Below are positions 57,719-64,000 of a stretch of DNA of 64,000 nucleotides, piece by piece (within the stretch, counting starts at the first letter, position 1; each line of letters starts with the position of its first letter). The stretch comes from Phaeosaccion multiseriatum. Taxonomy: Eukaryota; Protista; Ochrophyta, other classes. The translations under genes were made by a program, and so were the position numbers. The notes below the pieces were generated by a model that was not told the origin of the DNA, searched no databases, and saw only the letters and a program-made list of their open reading frames with translations. The DNA lies in the NCBI GenBank assembly GCA_965112735.1, contig OZ218953.1, forward strand, positions 4,526,001 through 4,590,000, given 5' to 3'.

Positions 57719-59282
57719 ATGGGGCGAAGAAGCAGGCCTTCCGAGAGCAGCACGGCGTGGCACCTTCTTGCTTTCACGCTCGCGACCTCGGTGCTCCGGT
57801 GTCAAGAGAGTGCGGCTTTTGTCCTCCATGCCAATCCCTCCCCCCGCACGTGCTCTGGTCGCCTGTCTGGGCGCCTTTCGATGACTCTGGGGAAAAGGGA
57901 GGCCTCCCCGCTCACATGGAGGCAAAATCTGGAGCTGCTGGGCCTTCCAGGAACTTCAGGCGCGGAGAGGCAAATCCTATTGCTGAATCTGCTTGGGGCG
58001 CCTCCGGTGGCCGTGCAAGACGTGATGACAGCGGCGACCAGGGGAAGGATTGTGGAGGACATCATACTGCAGGAAGGGACAGAGGCGAGGAAGTTAGCGG
58101 ACGGGGTGAAAGCGGTCCGTAAGCAGCTACAAGAGGTGAGACATCACGTGGTATTGACAAGATGAACGAGAGAACACTTGTCTTGAGAATGTGTTTGACT
58201 TTGCTCCGCCGCTGCCCATCTCCGCCCCTGACCCCTCCTCTTCATCTTCGCGCCTGTGTTATCGAAATCGAAAGGATTTGCTGCCTCAACTGGCGAAGGA
58301 GGGCCCTGCCATGAGCCGTAAGCTCGCCAGCCAGTTGACAGAAGAGCTCCCCAAGGAGCTGAAGGAGCAGCTTCCCACCGCAGTCGCTGCAGCATCAGCA
58401 GCCGTCGCCAACCCGGCCACTGTGCTCTCCGCGGCCCGCTCTCTGCAGGAGGAAGCGAGTAACGTGTTTCAGAGCACGCCCGAAGGCCTCTACACCCCGC
58501 CCTACGACGTTGTAGCGGTTGGCGATGGAGGCAACGGAGGGGCGAGCAAGTACGAGCTGCGCTTGTACGATAGCTATGCCGTGTGCTCCACCGAAATGGC
58601 AGCGCCAGAGGTGTCCAAGTCAGGGGCAGGAGGAGACGGGGGAAGGCAGGAGGAGGAGGGGGAGAAGGGGGAAGAGGAGCGCGAGGCTGCCTTGACCACG
58701 GCCGCGAGTGGGGAGGGGTTTAACACGCTCGCGGGCTACATCTTTGGCGGGAACGAAGGGGGAAAGAAGATGGCCATGACCATGCCGGTGCTCATCGACA
58801 AGGAGCAAGGGGGTGGGCAGACCATGTCCTTCGTTATGCCCAAGGAGGTTGGCGGCGAGGGAGCGGGGGGAGAGGAGGCTCCGCAGCCCAACGACCCCAA
58901 AGTGAAAGTGTCCAGGAGACCCAAACAGCTGGTAGCGGTGGCGACGTTTCCCGGCTTTGCGACGGAGGGAGAAGTAAAGCGCCAGCTGGACGGACTCAAG
59001 GACGCCGTGCAAAGAGACGGCCTGCTGCTTCTCGACCAGCGGCCGGGGGCTCTGACGGGGGAGGAGAAGGACAAGGAAGACAAGGAGGGGGAGAAGGAGA
59101 CGGTTCCTTCAAAGGGTGGGAGTACCGGTGACAACGTCGCATACACGTTGCTGCAGTACAACCCGCCTTACACGCTACCCTTTCTTCGTCGCAATGAGCT
59201 CTCTCTGACCATCGACGTTAAAGGATCTAGAGCCGTCCTGGAGGGGCTCATGGACCTCGACGGGTGGGCAGAAGGAGGATGA
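57719..59282 (+). CDS. SOUL haem-binding protein, probably plastid-targeted
   Basis: Signal peptide ending ESAA|FVL. SOUL motifs YELRLY, GFNTLAGYIFGGN, KMAMTMPV, MSFVMP, PQPNDPKV, VAVATFPG, QYNPPYTLPFLRRNE. Intron 58136-58274. Confidence 0.92.
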
Positions 59283-59686
59283 TGAAGGGTGATTGTATTT
59301 ATCCTCGCTGTGTTCGACTGTGTGAAGTCGAGGCTCACAGATTTTTTTTTTTAAAATACTACCAACAGCTCTACAGTTACGTTTTCCTTTTTTTTCTTCT
59401 CTCCTTCTACCCCCTTTTATACTTCAGTAGTGATTCTGCTCGAGGCCAGCAGCAGCAGAGATCGGAAGGTCCAGCAGTCGTTCTCTTACCCTCTTTCCTC
59501 GTCATTTGTCCCTCAGTGAGTGCTTCTGCTCGAGGAGGCCAGGAGCCGCAGGGACTGATGTAAATGCCATGACATGACTGGTGTGAGGCCAGTGCCCAGC
59601 AGCAAGGAGGAGACCCTTGTTCAGCTGACTGTGTGAGGCCAGCCAGAGCCCAGGAGCGAAGGTATAGCTGCTGTAGGACGTTCTCG

Positions 59687-62600
59687 ATGTATATGCCCCC
59701 ACCGTGGGTGCTCCTGTCCTTGGTGGTTGGGTTCACCAAGGACGTGCAGAAGTTTAAGGACTTGGGAGTGAATTTCTTCTACACGGTGACTGGCAAAGGG
59801 GGGCAGTGCGCGCTTTGCGACAACATTATCGGGCTGGTGATGCGCTTCGAGCAAGATAACCCCGAGGACATAAACTGCGAGGCCATCTGCTTCTTCTCCT
59901 TCAGCAAGTGTGTGACCATGTGCGAAAAGATTGTCGCCGCCTTGGATAGCTCTAGTCACTACCCTTGCGTGGCTGCCAATCTCTGCCCAGAGCTCGATGA
60001 ATTTGGAGAAGCAGACACTTGCGCGTGGTCCTGGAAAGAGAGAGAGTGCGAGCCCGCTGCGAAATGCGACCTCAGCTTTGGTGGGCGCAAGAATCCGCTC
60101 AGCAAGGTATTCCCCAAGTGCAGCATGAAGGCCGGCTACAAGCGATGGAACTATTACAACAAAGCCGTGGCCAAGCACGGAGGCGCTCTCCTCAGCGCCA
60201 TTCAGTCCGCCCCGCGATGTGGACAGGCTGCAGCCAAAGACGCCTTATATTGCGTCAATGAGCCTACGGGGGTGGGCCGCTTGAGCATGTACGCGGGTTA
60301 CCTCTTGCTGTCCCTCGCTGTCGTCAAGAGTATCGGAGCCATCGAGACCCCCGGTGGGGACGATGACCGACAGTGGCTGGCGTTTTGGATGATCATGTTT
60401 CTCTTCTTCCTGGTGGAGCGATTCAGCGACGTTCTACTGTCGCGCTTCTCTCTCTACTACCAGTTCAAGCTGTTGTGTGTCATGTACATGATGTTCGGCA
60501 GGGGCGCGGACCTGGCCTACCGCCGAGTGCACAGGGGGTTTACTCGTCTGCGCTCTGTGCCCCTGCTGCACCGCCTGTTGCTCTCGACGAACATGGACAC
60601 AGAGAAAACCATACACGAGTACACAGAGAGCCTCGACAAGGACCCCCGCATGCTCGCCTTTGTCAGGGACGCGTGGAGGGTGGGGCTGGAGGAGCTACTG
60701 GGAAGCTTCTCGTGCCCGAGGGACATGAGAGAAAGATACCCGCTCGCCGCCCCGGCCCTGCTGGAGCAGTGGGACAGCCTAGAGCCGCGCTATGTGCAGG
60801 TCGAACTCACGAGCGCCGGAGGGCTGGTTCCGGCCTCCTCCAACCCCTTGGACTGCGACGCCTACTGCATACTTCACCTCGTTGCCCCCGAGGAGAGTCA
60901 GAGCCCCACCGCCACCCCCACCGGCACCGGCACGGGTACCATCAACCTTGCATCCACCTTTAGTTGGGACGAGTCCGCCTTAGAAGCAAGAGAAGAAGAA
61001 CAAGAACAAGAACAAGAACAAGAAGACGACAACGACGACGACGAAGAGGACAGGCAAGGGGAAGGGGGAGGTTGCGGCGGAGACGTGGATGGGGAGGATG
61101 AGAAGACAGGAGGGGGGGCCTCAGTGACTACTACAAGTACCGCCACGACTCCACTGCCGCGCTACTTTTCTTCTCGTGCGAGGTCGAGGATCTTTGGGGG
61201 GAAGGAGGGGGAGAAGGAGGAGGAGGAGGAGGAGGAGGAGGAGGAGGAGGAGGAGGAGGAGGAGGACGAGGAGGAGGAGGAGGAGGAGGAAGATAGTCCT
61301 AGCAGGGTGGGCAAGGGGGCAGAGAACAGTCGGCAAACAGGGATACTACCACAAGGGTCAACGAGCCACAGCGAGGACATGGCACAGCCTTCAGAGAGTG
61401 GCACTGGGGGGAGGGAGGGGGGGGGTGGGGGTTCTACAGACAGACAGGGGCGGGTGCGGAGGAGGAAAGCAGTATGGGGGCACCGGCGACCAGTTTCGCA
61501 ATCTCTCTCTCTTGAGGAGGACTCACTGTTCCACTTGAGCGAAGAGCGACAAGACACAGTACCCGCCGCATCATCTCCGTTTCGTCGACGATCGAGCAGC
61601 TTGTCCGCTCTCAAGGTCTTGACATCGACCCGCAGCCCCAAGACGCTTCAAGCCTTGGGGGAGTTGTCGTTAGGAGGTACAGTAGGTATCGTGAGTCACT
61701 ACTTTCTTGGCTTGCTTCCCGCTGCTCCTCCCCCTGGCCATGGCCCCGCTGGGGACAGGGCAGGGGCTGGGGCGGGAAAGGGTTCAGCTGCTCCACTCAC
61801 CTCGCTTCGTCAGCCAGCTCAAACACTCATGCACTCACCTACCTTTCCCCACCTTTCCTACTCCCTTGCCTCTCTGACTCACTGCTCCTAAAGCTACGCG
61901 GGATCGTTCTTGGAGTCCGGTGGCCGCCCTTGTCAATCCTGGCGTCAAAGGAGTCAAAGTGAGTTTGAGTTCGAGTTAGGTAGGCATACGGGGAGAGTGC
62001 GGGTGTGGTTGTGGGTGCGTGAATAAGAGGGACTCAAGGTTTGATCTAACACATACGCATGTTATGTACATGTATGTAACCGAATCGAATACACACGTAT
62101 GTTATGTACTCCTCCTCCCCTCCTCCCATCGATGTGGACAGATACTGAAGAGGAAGTTGGTGGGGAGCGATCCCTCGCCCGGGGAGAGGTACGGCCGTCA
62201 GCGCTCCAGGACCGTGACGAGGACCACAAGCCCCGAGTGGGAGCAGCAGGTAGAGTAGGAGGGTGTACCTAACCGAACCTTCCCTATCCGAACCTTACCC
62301 ATTCTGAATCGTAGAGTACCAAACCGAAGCTTCCCGAACCTAACCTAACCTTTTTATCAATCGCAACGATCGATTGATCGAATCTCAACGAACACTTGCG
62401 TGCGCTCAGCTGAATGGGGATACTTTGCTTTGCGCTTGATTGAGCACGCACGGCGGAGAGCAAGAGAGCAGGCAGGTGGCCATCCGGTCAGGTCGTCGCC
62501 AGCCCTTCTCACCCCCTCCTCCTGCTTCCTCTTTTCCCTCCCCAACTCTACTCTACTGCCATCCATCTGTATGTCTACCTCCACACTATCCACTACTATC

Positions 62601-62893
62601 CACTACCCGCCTCCGTCCAGATCGAAATGTACCTGGAGGGCGGTTACGTTAACCCCGGGGGTGAGTACCGCCACCGAAAGGCTCCCTGGAGCTCTCTACT
62701 ACTCGAGGTGTACGATTGGCACTTCGGCATGGGAGACTCCTTCCTTGGGCAGGTACGGGCATACGGGCACACAGGGGTGAAGGATTCAATACGGGCCTAA
62801 GAGATGAACTTGAACACTTCACCCGCCCAGCCGTCCTCCCCGCCCGCCCTCTCTGCTTGAGGCCTTGCTTCCTGCGGCTCTCGCTCTCCCTCT

Positions 62894-62970
<77 letters not shown>

Positions 62971-63709
62971 CTCTCTCCCTCTCTCTCTCCCCCCTCTCTC
63001 TCTCGCCCCTCTGCCATCCGCCTTGGGTCACTGTTGGCACTGTCTCCGTCTCGTGTGGACTGCCTCTCTCCCCCCCCTCTCCCTCCGCTCACACACCTCT
63101 CCCTCCCTCTCTCCTTCCCTCTCTCTCCCCCCCCCTGTCTCTCTGTTTCTCTCTCCCTCTCTCTTTCCCTCCCCCCCCTCTCCCTCCCTCCCTCCCTCCA
63201 CCCTCCGCCTGTCGTCTTGTCCCCGTATCATGTGGACTACCCCCGCCTACCCCACTCCCTCCCTCTCTCCCTCCACCCTCCACCCTCTCCTCCTCTCTCT
63301 CCACCCTCCCCACTCCCTCCTTTCCCTCTCCCCCTCCACACTTTACCCTCTCTCTCTCTATCTCTATCTGTCTATATCTCTCTCTTCCTTCACCCTCCCC
63401 ACTCCCTCCTCTCTCTCCCTCCACCCTCTCTCTCCACCCTCCCCCCTCCCTCCATTCTCTCCCTCCACCCTCCACCCTCTCTCTCTCTCTCCACCCTCCC
63501 CACTCCCTCCTCTCTCTCCCTTCCTCCACACTCCACGCTCCGCCCCCCCCCCCCCCCTTTTCTCACGTGTACAGGTGCAGGTACCCCTGACCCCCCTCAT
63601 GCATGGTCTCACTCACGAGGGCGAATACTCTCTGCAAGACCCTGACGGAAGGTGCCCCCCCGGAAGGGCTTGCGCTGGCACCCTTCATCTCAGGCTCAAA
63701 GTCTGCTAA
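59687..63709 (+). CDS. Saposin-like domain + TB2/DP1/HVA22 (REEP/Yop1) domain + C2 domain interrupted by a long acidic insertion
   Basis: CALC..CEAIC..C..MCEK..PCVAANLCP (saposin-like). KSIGAIETPGGDDDRQWLAFW..VERFSDVLL..YYQFKL..GADLAYRR (HVA22). YVQVELTSAGGL..DCDAYCILHL ... RSRTVTRTTSPEWEQQ, LLEVYDW, DSFLGQVQVPL, GTLHLRL (C2). Confidence 0.8.
62896..63560. repeat. (CT)n microsatellite and C/T-rich low-complexity minisatellite, intronic
   Basis: CT run at about 62896-62966, then repeated CCCTCCACCCTC/CACTCCCTCCTCTCTCT units in the last intron of the saposin-HVA22-C2 gene. Confidence 0.85.
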
Positions 63710-64000
63710 TGGTAAGGTCAAAAAGGCTAAGCCAAGGCTTAAGCTAACAAAGCTACTTCGCAAGCGAAACCTCCTCGTAAGGAGGAATGAGGCTATCACC
63801 CCATCACCTCAGGCTCAAAGCGTGCTGAGCGAAGGTCCCAAGGTGCTAAGGGAATGAGGTTGCATGTGAATCCAGTCAATTTAAACGGAGCGGCGTCTCC
63901 GTCTCTGACTGAGGCCGTGGTGCCATTTGGTGCCATGGTGTAGTAGAGTAAGCAAGTGTTAATATATATACGTATGTAAGTATCCGGGATGAAGATGGAT

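Overview
Gene-dense eukaryotic nuclear DNA with GT-AG introns and many microsatellite-filled introns. Two proteins carry signal peptide + Phe-initiated transit peptides, pointing to an alga with a complex red-type plastid, probably a stramenopile (inference). About 18 protein-coding genes were reconstructed by hand-splicing: aspartate aminotransferase (partial), alpha2delta/CACHD1-like VWA protein, PAXBP1/GCFC2-like factor, TKL kinase, BtuF-like metal-binding protein + DUF4864-like domain, Moco insertase CNX1/gephyrin (E-G order), COG3044/MRB1590-like ABC ATPase, WD40-like/RING protein, ZNF207/BuGZ, AGC kinase, proteasome alpha-1 (PSMA6), a plastid-targeted unknown, a degenerate COQ7, poly(A) polymerase, a REC114-like/bromodomain protein, a rolling-stone/AIG1-like membrane protein, a SOUL haem-binding protein and a saposin-HVA22/REEP-C2 protein. 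There are also two non-autonomous DNA transposons (MITEs). Best novelty candidates: (1) an in-frame splice route fusing the cysteine-rich BtuF-like metal receptor to the molybdenum-cofactor insertase; (2) a REC114/PHS1-like meiotic double-strand-break protein fused to a bromodomain; (3) a saposin-REEP-split-C2 architecture; (4) a COQ7 paralog lacking most di-iron ligands. All family calls are by-eye motif recognition; no database searches were run.
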